DNA of 61,873 bases, counting the filler, from Asterionella formosa (taxonomy: Eukaryota): the NCBI GenBank assembly GCA_002256025.1. It is 8 parts of 8 records of this genome, joined end to end, with 100 filler letters (N's around TTAATTAATTAA, not from the genome) between each part and the next. Parts side by side here need not be neighbours in the genome. Positions count along the whole stretch, not along the records: positions 38,769 to 46,405 come from NKIB01012413.1; positions 46,506 to 54,142 come from NKIB01012414.1; 6 more parts are not named here. The stretch is one strand, 5' to 3'. The translations under genes were made by a program, and so were the position numbers. Each line of letters starts with the position of its first letter. The stretch's first letter is position 1. The notes under the pieces were generated by a model. It saw nothing but the letters and a program-made list of their open reading frames with translations. It was not told where the DNA came from and made no database searches. This document shows positions 38,979 through 50,132 of the stretch, piece by piece.

Positions 38979-40499
38979 ATGCACGTGATTTTCAGTGGTG
39001 GAACAGTCTGACTGGTACAAATCACTTGTCTGTACTGAATATCATTCCTCGACTCACTGTTAGTTACGATATGGGCTGGCAGCAGCGGTCCAGCGGGAAT
39101 AAGAATAAATGTGTAAGTGGACATGATTTTAGTATTGGCGGCTACACGAAAAAGATACTAGACTACAAGTGAAATCTTAAGGTCTGTAATGTGTGCAACA
39201 GGGCTGTACAGTACAAGAAACCAATCAAGGAACATGTTTGTCCCAAGAATCATGTAACTGGTAGTTCGAAAGCAATGGAATCAGATGCCAGTAAGGAAAT
39301 GATGATTGATGCAGTAATGAAAAACAATGTTATCTTCTCTACAATCATTTGATGTGATAATTCTACTAGTCGAGCTGTTTCTAGGTGGTCCTATAAGGAG
39401 CTATTGAAACTACAGTCATCCATCCAATGGCCAAAAACATTGAAAGGATTAAAAGAATCTGAAAAAGGATGCCTTCCACTCACTTTACCCAAACCTATGT
39501 TTCTGTCTGACCCATCCCACAGAGTAAGGGTCCTTCTCCACCCTGCTTTTCTGAAATCCAATGGCCCGGTCTCCCTCGAGCGTCCCTCAAAAGCAGGTTG
39601 TGTGCAGTTTCAAGTTTACTAGTATGGCTGCGCTTGTATTTTTAAAAACCGGAACCTCTCTCTGGCCAATTTTAGTAATTCCTCCAAGGCACCATAAAAC
39701 CATTTATTTGGCTGCTACCATGATTACTGCTCTGAGACATGGTGTCCCGTAAAAGCAGGAAAATGGTTAGTAATGGAAAATATCATGACAAGGGACATGA
39801 AAAAATTATACGAATTGTTAATGCTGCTTGTTGCAACAAAAGTCGACAGCGAAAAGCTGCTATCATTGCATCATCCCTTTGACATGCAGATTAATGAGTT
39901 ATTGAACAATGCAGTGTCGCGACTATGTCCGAAAACAAGTGTTTGCGTGATCCGGAGGACTTCAATATCGAGTGGCTTCGGTTGGTGGGCAACACACACA
40001 AGGAATGTATACGAGCAATGTGGAATGCAGATGTCAGCACTGCAAGGATCCTTCTGGATACAAAAAGAATAGCAACGAAGTGACAATGGATCCTATAAAG
40101 CACAATTGAAACGAAAGAGGAAAACGAAACAAACAAATACATGCAGCACGATTTGAAACAGTCAAACAGGAAAGGCAAGACAACAAATCAGGTAAGACTT
40201 ACGGTTCTGGTGTTGCGCTAAGAAGGGAACATCAGTAAACAAGAAGGAAAGGAACAAATGGCATCATGAAAGGAGAAGCAGCGCACTCTGTCCATTAAAT
40301 GTTCTAAAATGGATTTTTTGTACACGCGATTTTATTACAAAAAATTGACTCTTTAGACTCCTATTCCATTGACGATGTTTCCGTGATTACTGATTCTGAT
40401 TCCGACATTTTGGAGAACGTTGAAAAGGCCGATATTGTCGAATTTTTGGACAACATTAGCTCAAGATTGGCAGTGTTTGAAGAAGTGTTAAGTACATAG
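38979..40499 (+). pseudogene. Degenerate DDE transposase of the Kolobok/'Mutator-like transposase' type
   Basis: LTVSYDMGWQQRSSG, CNVC...HVCPKNH.TGSSKAMESD, FLSDPSHRV and HPFDMQINELLNN motifs, with multiple stops and frameshifts. Confidence 0.8.
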
Positions 40500-42469
40500 C
40501 TAATCTTCATATAGCCCCAGAATATAACTTCTGGTGAGACAAAGGGCAGAAAGGAGCTTCGGTTTTAAGTTGGCGCAGTAAAATCCACTATTTTCAGCAT
40601 AGTATAAAACCGAAATTCCTTTCTGCAGCTTCTCGCCAGTTCCTATATCATGACAATATATAACGTTGACCCATACCCCTTGTTTTGGTTAAATGACTGT
40701 ATCTAAGCATATGGAAAGGGTGTATATTAGTGAAAGCTCCATTGAGCGATGTACATTTATATTTTACTCGAACAATGTCTGTGTTTTGGACATCATTAGC
40801 TCAAGATTGGCAGGGTTTGAAGAAAATTAGCCACCAACAATCACAAGGAAAAAATGAGTGCATTCCGGTAGCAGTGGAAGCTAAACTGATCTGAAGGTAC
40901 ATTAACAAGGGTGTAATGACAATGGCCGCCTTTCACAGCATACTCAGTATTGAGAATCTGGAATCACTTTTCTTTCTCGCTAATGAGAATATGAATAAGT
41001 TAGCCAACACACATCTGGTCTTGAAGCTGATACTTGCACCTTTCGGTTCATCTTCACTGGTCATAGCAGGCGCTTTATATGAAACAATGGCAAATGAAAA
41101 TCGACTTATACTGGCAGAACACATCACATCCAAAATGGAAATTAACTTGCAGGAAAGAATTATCAGTCCAGACAAGCTGGCCCAAAATACACTAGTCTCT
41201 TAAATGTAAAGAATCAATATATACAACAACCTTTGTTAGATGCAAAGAAGACTAAACAGAATTGTGCGATGCCCTTCTCAAACTTTATGGAATGGATTTG
41301 CTAATAAAGACTTGACTCAACCCTTGGTCTGTTTCTTTCCAATGTCAATGTTAAAAGCTAGGCCTCAGCAAGCAATTAGTCCATTTCAAGACAATAAGCC
41401 TTCAAATGGAATTGATGATTGCCGGCCCTTGAAACCTGAGAAGTCTACAGCCTCACCAAGGAACTTCGAGGCACAAGTGCAATTTAAGGCTAGTTTAAAT
41501 GTATTTTAAATTCACTTGATGAATAATAGACACTGGGGCAGTGTCATCACGATGTTTTGTTCTTCAGACTTGAGATTTGTATGCTAATCCCCTAAATGCT
41601 CTTTGTGTATTTATATCATTGTTGCAACCATCAGGGACTGGTATTTAATTCTGTATGACTGTCAAGTACAGTACACAGACATAAGGCAAACTTGTGTACA
41701 CCTTTTAAATTCCTACCAGTGCACTGCTGGTAGGCATTATGCTGCCAGCAGCATGAGCCATATTTTAAACCAATAGAAATGCACAGTGATGCATTAATAC
41801 TTGAAGCTGAAATTGGTTTTGCTTTTTGTCAATAATATGTACATGCAGTTGGCATTGAGCTGCTCTACACACATGTGCATCCAAGTTAAAATTAGTGGGG
41901 CTTCATCCTACCATGCTCCAGTTCTGCCCTGGAATGACTGGTCCAGATCTTACTCACACCACTTGTTGCATATTATTAATCTGCTATATTAACACTGTCT
42001 ATTTCCATTCAGATATTCATGAGACTACATACTAGTCTTCAGACACCTGTCAACATCAACAGCATAACAGACACATTCTGACACCGTTCCCCTCCTGTTG
42101 ATGCTTGACATACAACCACATCATCCTAGTTTGCATGCACAACACACCCTATCCTACAGGAATTTTCATAGTGACTCTCTTTTTTTTCTTTTCTTTCAGT
42201 TCTTGCTGACGACTCAAACTGTTGACCCTGGTTTTCACGAATACATACCCATGTACATGTACAACTAGAACTGGAGTGCGCTACTATGTTCAACTAATTA
42301 CCGCTAGTTTAGTGGACAAGCAAGAATTTATGTCATGATACACACGCATCATGCAATACTACATACCGGTATTATAGTTTGAAAGCGCGCCCACCCACAA
42401 AATCAACATTTGGTATCAGTACGGTTAGGGACCAATGGGAGGGAGTGCCTGTGTTTTGCTCTCCTTCTT

Positions 42470-42740
42470 GTTCTTCATTTTGTCTTCATAGATGAAACGC
42501 GTGATACCAGAGGGGCAACAAAAACGGCAATATCACTCACAGAAATTGCAATCCAGATATAGAGATGCTCAAGGTGGCGTGGGAGTTCGATCTGCCATTG
42601 CCTGCTGCTCAGTTCCACCTTCCACTTTTGTTCCGTCTTCAACTGGTTATAGTTTCTTGACTGGACAGTCACCACTTATCTATCTAAAGGAAGTATCTTT
42701 GGTCAGAGCTGAATGAAGAAGCCCGTTCGACAAAGACAAA
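42470..42740 (-). pseudogene. Degenerate duplicate of the juxtamembrane/TM segment of the adjacent PT-repeat gene
   Basis: Matches about 43070-43315 (YIWIAISV; GGGAGTTCGATCTGCCA; CCACCTTCCAC) with indels. Confidence 0.75.
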
Positions 42741-42772
42741 CCAAAGCCTCATCAAACAGCGAAAATAACAAT

Positions 42773-45700
42773 TTACATTGATTCGGCAAGCTTTAATCCA
42801 CATGTACATCCCAACATCTTGCATCCACAGTTTGTATCTGCCCCATTCGTTATTCCGGAAGCGAGGGTTTCATCTTCAAACAATGGCTCCATCGCCCGAC
42901 GACTCCTCAGACGAATTGGTTTCACCTTTTCGACTACTGAAGTGTTACTCTCAAAATCAACATTTGGTGTAAGTACCATTGGAACCACAGAGGATTGCCA
43001 AATGTTCATCTGTTCTTCTTCTTCGTCGTCATCGTCTTCTCCATCATACTCCTGTTCCTCATTACGCTTTTTGTAGATGAATCGCATGGTACCAAAAGAG
43101 GCAACCAAAACGAAAGCACCGCCCACAGATATTGCGATCCAGATGTAGATGCTCAAGTTGGCTTGGGAGTTCGATCTGCCAGTGCCTGCAGATCCACCTT
43201 CCACAGGTGAATTTTTCGATCCCCCGTCTTCACGCAATGTATAGTTTGTTGACTTGACAGTCACCACTTGACTAAATGCAGTGTCTTTGGTCGCCTGAAG
43301 CCTTACGACAAGGACAGTCCCATTGTCATCAAAGATGGTATTGCACATTGCTACTAAATCCAAATCCCCCACTTTTGCATCTCCCCTTACAAGCATACTT
43401 ATTATAATATCAGTACCCTGAGCTAGTCGTCGTCGAAGTGTCGACTTTGATAATGATTGATTCAACACTGAAACTTTCACGTGTGAGACAGGAGGTACTT
43501 GGAGGCGTAACCAGTTGCCCAAAAAAGCTTCCGTGGTATTTCGAAATGTCTCCATAGAGCTGACATCCATTTCATCCACCACATGGGCCATAGTGACAGA
43601 TACATTGCCTTGTAAAGAATACACTTTGGTCAATGCAGGTTCAACAGTAAACGCAGATGGGGTGAATGTAGGATAATCAATAGGAGCAGTTGTAGGGCCC
43701 ACAGATGGGGTGAATGTAGGATAATCAATAGGAGCAGTTGTAGGGACCACAGATGGGGTCAATGTAGGATAATCAGTATGTGCAGTTGTAGGGCCTTCAG
43801 TCGGTTCCAATGTAGGATGTTCAGAAGGAGAAGCTGTGGGGTCCGCAGTTGGTTGCAACGTAGGTTCCAATGTAGGATTCTCAGTAGGAAGATTTGTGAG
43901 TTCCGTGGTCGGTTCCAACGTAGGATACTGTGTAGGAGAAGCTGTAGGTTCCGCAGTTGGTTCTAACGTAGGTTCCAATGACGGATGCTCAGTAGATGAA
44001 GCGGTGGGGACTATAGTCGGGGGTTTTGTAGGATAATCAGTTGGAGGTGCTGTGGGTTCTGTAGTTGGGGTCATGGTTGGATCAGGAGTAGGAGAAGCAG
44101 TGGGTTTATTAGAAGGGGCCAATGTAGGATCAGGAGTAGGAGAAGCTGAAGTGGGCTTAACTGTCGGTTCAACAGAAGGTGAAGCGCTAGGAGAAGCTGA
44201 CGGGTCTGCTGTCCTTGTTAACGACTTCAGTGTGATCACTTGACTAAAGGAGGTGTTGTTAGTAGCCTGAAGCCGCTCAACAAGGATATATCCCTTGTAG
44301 TCAAAAATATTGTTGCACATTGTTGTCAAATCCAAATTGTCTACTACTGCTTCTCCAGTTACCATCATACTTATTATGATGTCATTGGCCTGCGCTATTC
44401 GTCGACGCAGTGTCGACTGAGTTAACAATTGATTCAGCACCGTAACTCTTACGTTCGACACCGGAGGCACTTGGAGGCGCAACCAATTTCTCAAAAATGC
44501 TTGACTGGTATTGAGAAATGTCTCCGTGAAGCTATCACCCAATTCAGCCCCCACGAGGGCCATAATTATTGATACATTGGCTTGTAAAGCATACACTACA
44601 GCGTTTGTAGGTGCCGTTGTAGGCGCTGTTGGTATCAAGACCGTAGGTTCAGGTGTAGGAAAAGCTGTAGGACGTAAAGTGGGAATATATGTAGGTTGCA
44701 TAGTAGGTGAAGCAGTGGGGTTGGCAGTCGGTTTCAATGTAGGAGAATCCGTTGGAGATGCTGTTGGGTCAGCAGTCGGGCTAGACGATGGATAATCAGT
44801 AGGAGCAGCTGTTGGGTCGGCAGTAGGGGCCGACGTAGGATGCATAGTCGGTGAAGCTGTTGGGTGGGCAGTAGGTTCCAACGTCGGATGATCAGTAGGT
44901 GAAGCTGTTGGGTGGGCAGTCGGTTTCAACGTAGGATGATCAGTAGGAGACGCCGTTGGTTCGGCAGTAGGGGTCGACGTAGGATGATCAGTGGGAGGGG
45001 CTGTCGGCTCCGTAGTCGGTTTCAACGTGGGATAATGAGTAGGGGAAGCTGTGGGCTCAGTTGTCGGTGCCAACGTCGGATGATCAGTAGGAGATGATGT
45101 TGGCTTTTTCGTCGGGGTCGATGTGGGTGCAACAGTTGGAGAAGCTGTGGGATCCACAGTCGGCTCCAAAGATGGCGCATCGGTAGGAGGACAACTGGGG
45201 TCAACAGATGGTGCCGGCGTAGGCTTAAAAGTAGGAGAAGCCGTAGGTTTAGCAGTAGGTGTCATTATAGGATAATCAGTAGGAGAAGCTGTGGCCACAG
45301 TAGTCGGTGCCAACGTCGGATGATCAGTAGGAGATGACGTTGGTTCTTTTGTTGGGGTCAATGTTAATATTGATTCTGAAATGGGAGAAGCTGTAGGGTC
45401 CAAAATTTTATTTGTCTGAAGTAAGCTGGAATCAGTGGAGGGGGCCAAACTAAGTTTAGTAGGAGAAGGTGTGGAACTGGGGTCGGTAGATGGGACCACC
45501 GTCCACCTAATAGTAGGAGTAGTTGAAGTGTCCTCATTCGTGGGAAACATAAAATCTGCTCGAGGACCGGTAGTCATCGGTGCAGAAGTCGAGGAGTCTG
45601 ATGGGCGCTCGTTTGGATTACTAGTCATTGGTGCAGAAGTCGCGGAGATTGTTGTACTCGCCGACGATGTAAATGGAGGATTGGTTACAGGGACACTAAG

Positions 45701-45865
45701 AGGGAAAGTAGTTCCAGAAGAAAGAGTGTTGGCCAAATCCAAGATTGAAACAAGAAAAGGCACTTTGACATTCTTTGTTGTTAGCGGTGTTGGGGCTTTA
45801 CTTGGTTGATACAATGACGCTCGGCAGTTCCCCAAAGAAAAGAGGAGAACTGCGAACCTTACCAT
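42773..45865 (-). CDS. Mucin-like PT-repeat type I membrane (cell-surface) protein, 1030 aa
   Basis: N-terminal signal peptide, long xPTxx arrays, two copies of a ~125-aa domain containing TLRRR, one TM helix (IYIWIAISVGGAFVLVASF) and an acidic cytosolic tail. Confidence 0.85.
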   Translation of the reverse strand: MVRFAVLLFSLGNCRASLYQPSKAPTPLTTKNVKVPFLVSILDLANTLSSGTTFPLSVPVTNPPFTSSASTTISATSAPMTSNPNERPSDSSTSAPMTTGPRADFMFPTNEDTSTTPTIRWTVVPSTDPSSTPSPTKLSLAPSTDSSLLQTNKILDPTASPISESILTLTPTKEPTSSPTDHPTLAPTTVATASPTDYPIMTPTAKPTASPTFKPTPAPSVDPSCPPTDAPSLEPTVDPTASPTVAPTSTPTKKPTSSPTDHPTLAPTTEPTASPTHYPTLKPTTEPTAPPTDHPTSTPTAEPTASPTDHPTLKPTAHPTASPTDHPTLEPTAHPTASPTMHPTSAPTADPTAAPTDYPSSSPTADPTASPTDSPTLKPTANPTASPTMQPTYIPTLRPTAFPTPEPTVLIPTAPTTAPTNAVVYALQANVSIIMALVGAELGDSFTETFLNTSQAFLRNWLRLQVPPVSNVRVTVLNQLLTQSTLRRRIAQANDIIISMMVTGEAVVDNLDLTTMCNNIFDYKGYILVERLQATNNTSFSQVITLKSLTRTADPSASPSASPSVEPTVKPTSASPTPDPTLAPSNKPTASPTPDPTMTPTTEPTAPPTDYPTKPPTIVPTASSTEHPSLEPTLEPTAEPTASPTQYPTLEPTTELTNLPTENPTLEPTLQPTADPTASPSEHPTLEPTEGPTTAHTDYPTLTPSVVPTTAPIDYPTFTPSVGPTTAPIDYPTFTPSAFTVEPALTKVYSLQGNVSVTMAHVVDEMDVSSMETFRNTTEAFLGNWLRLQVPPVSHVKVSVLNQSLSKSTLRRRLAQGTDIIISMLVRGDAKVGDLDLVAMCNTIFDDNGTVLVVRLQATKDTAFSQVVTVKSTNYTLREDGGSKNSPVEGGSAGTGRSNSQANLSIYIWIAISVGGAFVLVASFGTMRFIYKKRNEEQEYDGEDDDDEEEEQMNIWQSSVVPMVLTPNVDFESNTSVVEKVKPIRLRSRRAMEPLFEDETLASGITNGADTNCGCKMLGCTCGLKLAESM

Positions 45866-46505
45866 TTCGCGTGTATGGTCACTTATTTAACAGGCGATGA
45901 TGAGATGGAACTGCTAATATATAAATTGATGATTGTGAGAATGATGCATTTCACAAAATTGGCTGTTGACGAGCAATCAGTACTCGCCCGTATCCAATGG
46001 ATAAATTGTATTTGATTGAGCATCGTATTTCTTCTTTCTTGTAAAATGCCTTGACCTTTTCCTTGGACATTACCGATTACTCTTGCACAAGTGATTATAA
46101 CAACAAAAATTTTCCAAGCATCGCCGTCTTACCGTAAGTAATTGCGATTGGGATACTGCACTGCTTTTTGTTTTCTCCCAAAATTCTGCGACGATGGGAT
46201 TATAGTTTGAGGAATAGAAAGCAATATTTTGAAAATAACGATGATTTGTGGACGATACACATATTCTGAAATCATTTCATAATGTGTGACCGATCAGCAC
46301 GGTCCTCCCATTCCAACGACTTTTATCGCCAAAGCCAAACGATACGTACTTCCCGCGACAGGTGCAGTGTTGTACGCAGTTCAAGTACAGTACCAGGTAC
46401 CAGGTNNNNNNNNNNNNNNNNNNNNNNNNNNNNNNNNNNNNNNNNNNNNTTAATTAATTAANNNNNNNNNNNNNNNNNNNNNNNNNNNNNNNNNNNNNNN
46501 NNNNN

Positions 46506-46868
46506 CGTTTATTTCTCCGTTCTGAATGATTGGACCATTAATAGCAGCAGCATCATGATCTACTAAACTATCAAGGAATAAACCATTTTCATAGTCATCG
46601 GCATCAAAACAAACTGTTTGAACGAAATCAATGGCTGCTGGCGATTGTTTCAGGAATTTTGCAAGGGGGTCTTGAGAGTGGTGTCGTCCATCTCTTCTAG
46701 ACAAAGTCGCTACCATTGATGATGTCTGCGATGCTTGAATCTGAGATTGAATCATATCTTGTTGCCCACACGAGGGGCTGTGTCTGTGATGACCACGAAT
46801 TGATTTAAAAGGACCTTTACCACAGAATTTACATTTGTCCTCGTCGTTATTGTCACACAGATCCATGA
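46506..46868 (-). CDS. N-terminus of a hypothetical protein with a CxxC...H...C zinc-finger-like motif, possibly transposon-derived; truncated by the gap
   Basis: MDLCDNNDEDKCKFCGKGPFKSIRGHHRHSPSC; frame open to the contig edge. Confidence 0.35.
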
Positions 46869-47100
46869 TATTTACTGTCGTTGTAGTGCTGTGTTGGCGA
46901 GAGAAAAATAAGAATAACCGGTAGCTAAAATAATGGATCTTGTTCGGCACATATTTGGCAAACAATACTACCTGGTACCATCCTCATCAGTAGACATAAT
47001 TCCACCAGTGTTGATTTTGAGTATTAATAATAAAAATTGGGTTGGCTACCACTGGCTAGTAGTACATTTACCTACCGGCAGTACCGGTAATAACCTACAT

Positions 47101-47330
47101 AATATTCAATGCTATCTGCATTGCATATTTACCTTTCCTTCATTGAAATATTGATTTGATTACTTAGAACATTCTCCATTCGAATATTTTCCTTGGTTTG
47201 CTGATATAGTTCTTGGTAATCAATGCTGTTCAAATTCTCACAGCATTTCAATATGGGATTTTGGCTGGAATATTATTCAAGATAGATTAGTTTGACTGAA
47301 CTAATATTCACACAACACTAAATCTTGACA
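47101..47330 (-). mobile_element. Truncated solo Copia LTR of the TGTCAAGATTTAG family
   Basis: Reverse complement of about 37319-37543, with substitutions. Confidence 0.85.
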
Positions 47331-47728
47331 TCATTGTACCTGGTACAAACCGGTAACCGTTACAATCATGCTGTAAAACAAGAAATATTTTTGACTCTTT
47401 GCATGTTCCGTATATACCTGTAGAGTAACAACAGTACAGTACCATAAATGGTAAAATTAAACCCAAGTTGTATTTTCCTGTAGGCCTCTGGTATGTGTCT
47501 ACTGGGTCGTTTTCATAGTGGCAAGGTATTGATCTGAAAATACTAACATACCGTAGTGGAAGCACCCTGTTACAACATTATTTGCCAGTAGAAAAATTCA
47601 ACCCGGTTTAACTGGGGGTTTAATTTTATGGTTTAATTAAACCATGACTGTAAGCATGATCATCGTAGGAATATACACTGTACGAGTACATAAAATTAGC
47701 TATTACACTGTACTGGTACAACCTGGTA

Positions 47729-48560
47729 CGCCCTCTGTCTAGTAACAGTTGCATCGATTTGTTGGCACCACCAGTGTCTTTACTGCTCGCATATGAAGGA
47801 TTATGTAGCCAACATACCAACTTTCTACGTGAGCGTCGGCTTACTCGGAAAAATGCGTTATTTTTGAGTTACTTAGACGTGAACATATACTCGGTTTCTG
47901 TAATTTAACTAATTAGCATTTTAATAAAGTAATCGAAACCAATTTAACATATGCATATTCATTGCATACATGTACATATCGCCAACTGCTGTTTCACATC
48001 GGCCGGCCAGTCAAATATTTGCAGGAAACCAAATACAACAAGCCACTATCATAATTATAACATGTATAAAATTATTGTCATTCGTTATACTTTCTACGGT
48101 TGTTGAACCTACATGGACCAAACCACCGGATGTTTAACAATTAAAATCCTCAAAACGAGCATACCGTCGTTTTCTTACTTCCTGTCATCACCACTTTCGA
48201 GGTTGCGCATTCCATAATTGAACGCAAGTTGCTGGTGTTCTACTGTTTTATATCGTACTTTGTACGTATGTTAAGTTAAGAATAGATGGCTCGAAGAAAA
48301 ATGGGTCCTCATGCATCTGCATTTTGCTCGAGATAGTCATAAGTGAAAATCAAAAAAGCCGAAAAACGATTTTTTCAAATGTAGTTGCCAATTTTAATCT
48401 TTCTATATGTTATATATACCGGTATACAGGGATCCGTAGCTTAGAGCAAGTTGCAGCATAGGGCTATTGCTGAGCCGGAGAAAATTGTAGGAGTCAAAAT
48501 GGCCTCGGATAAATTTGATAAATTTGAATTATCGATGCAACTGTTACTAGACAGAGGGAG
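47729..48560. mobile_element. Non-autonomous Tc1/mariner (Stowaway-like) element, 832 bp, 30-bp TIRs, TA target duplication
   Basis: TA|CGCCCTCTGTCTAGTAACAGTTGCATCGAT ... ATCGATGCAACTGTTACTAGACAGAGGGAG|TA, one mismatch. Resembles the CTCCCTCCGT Stowaway terminus. Confidence 0.88.
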
Positions 48561-49544
48561 TACCAGTTCTGGTACCCAGTCGATACACGTCCATATAACG
48601 AGCTTTGTTGAAGGTGCATCTGGTATTGTATAAACTACCAGTCCAGTACAAAAATACGACAACATGTATGGCCATAAAAGGTTGCGCTTAGGGCCATTCT
48701 TATCAATTTTTTCGTGTATCACGGAATTTGAATTTTTTTGAAAATGTATCAGCAACGGTATCTCGATTTGAACTGAATTTCATGTATCACGGAGTAACAA
48801 GGACTGTCAACGGTGACAGGCCAGCTACGAGCATCTAGATATTACATAGCTTAAATAAAAATAGAAAACGAAATATAATAACAAATAACATATTATCTTA
48901 CAGAGCCTGTGGGGTACATGCTACTAGCCCCTGGTTCCAGGTATTGAGAGACTCGTCAACACATTGACCATGTCGATAATTAGCTATTTCTCCATCAAAA
49001 TGGCAAAGGAGTCGCTGCACTTTTGCGGTCTAAGATATCATTGTACAAACGATGCAATAGAAAAGGAAATATAGATATATCTTTAAAATTGCATAAGAAA
49101 TTACGAATCAACAATGTAGAAGAACATTTGTCATTTTATATGATTGCAAACAGAACTATTGATTTGTTACAACAACGACTACGACTACAACAATACTATC
49201 ATATGGCAAAAGTGCTTGCAAAAAGTGGTGTTAGGTCAGAATTTGATCAGCCAATCGATTGCACCAGTGGCGTTTTCAAGTTGCGCTGTGTTGCTGATGT
49301 TGATTTTCCCATCCACAAAATAAAATATATAGTTGGTGCTGGCATGTCTACAGTTATTTTATCAGTGGCAACGGATGTGATCACAGTAATCAATGGCTGT
49401 ATCACTGATTCAGCATTGGTCAGGGGTCCAAAAACTGTATCAGTGATACACCCATGATACAACGGTGATCAGACCAAAAAAACGGTTGGTGATACACAAA
49501 AAAAACCAAACCGCCATTTTTGTATCATATTTTGGAGATGATAC

Positions 49545-49583
49545 ACCAATGACGACCAATGACGACCAATGACGACCAATGAC
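49545..49583. repeat. ACCAATGACG x~4 minisatellite
   Basis: Direct reading of the sequence. Confidence 0.9.
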
Positions 49584-49771
49584 AGAATGATATTTTTAGA
49601 GTTGATTATTTTTTGGGTACGTTCGTATTCTTACTTGTAATTTATCAAACCAAGTTGTATTTTTCTGTAGGCCTCAAGTATCGTTCTACTGCGGATGGTG
49701 TCCGATAGCACATTGCTACTGTTGGACTCTCCCGTACATACCGGTAGACTTTTTCTTGAGCGTCGTACCGG

Positions 49772-50132
49772 TAACTCCCTGTCCGCACGAATCAAGAGGA
49801 TCTACCGGTAGATGAACATGTCATTCAATGTAGAATTGTACACGTTCTGTCTTCAAGGTACCGGTACTCATATTCCAAGAGCTACGAACATAACTGTACT
49901 ACACTACACTGCAGGTATTTAAGGCATGGCGTAGTACCTGGTATCCTACATAAGATATAGACTGGTACCCTGGTACAAAGCGACTGTAGGAGACTTCTGT
50001 ACATAGACTTTTCCTCACTGTTAAACAATTATATTCTTGAGAGTAACTCCCTCTCCGCACGAATCAAGAGGATCTACCGGTACATGAACATGTCGTTCAA
50101 TGTAAAATTGCATACGTTCTCTCTACAAGGTA
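49772..50132. repeat. ~90-bp direct repeat (about 49772-49860 and 50043-50132)
   Basis: GTAACTCCCT.TCCGCACGAATCAAGAGGATCTACCGGTA.ATGAACATGTC.TTCAATGTA...CAAGGTA occurs twice. Confidence 0.85.
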
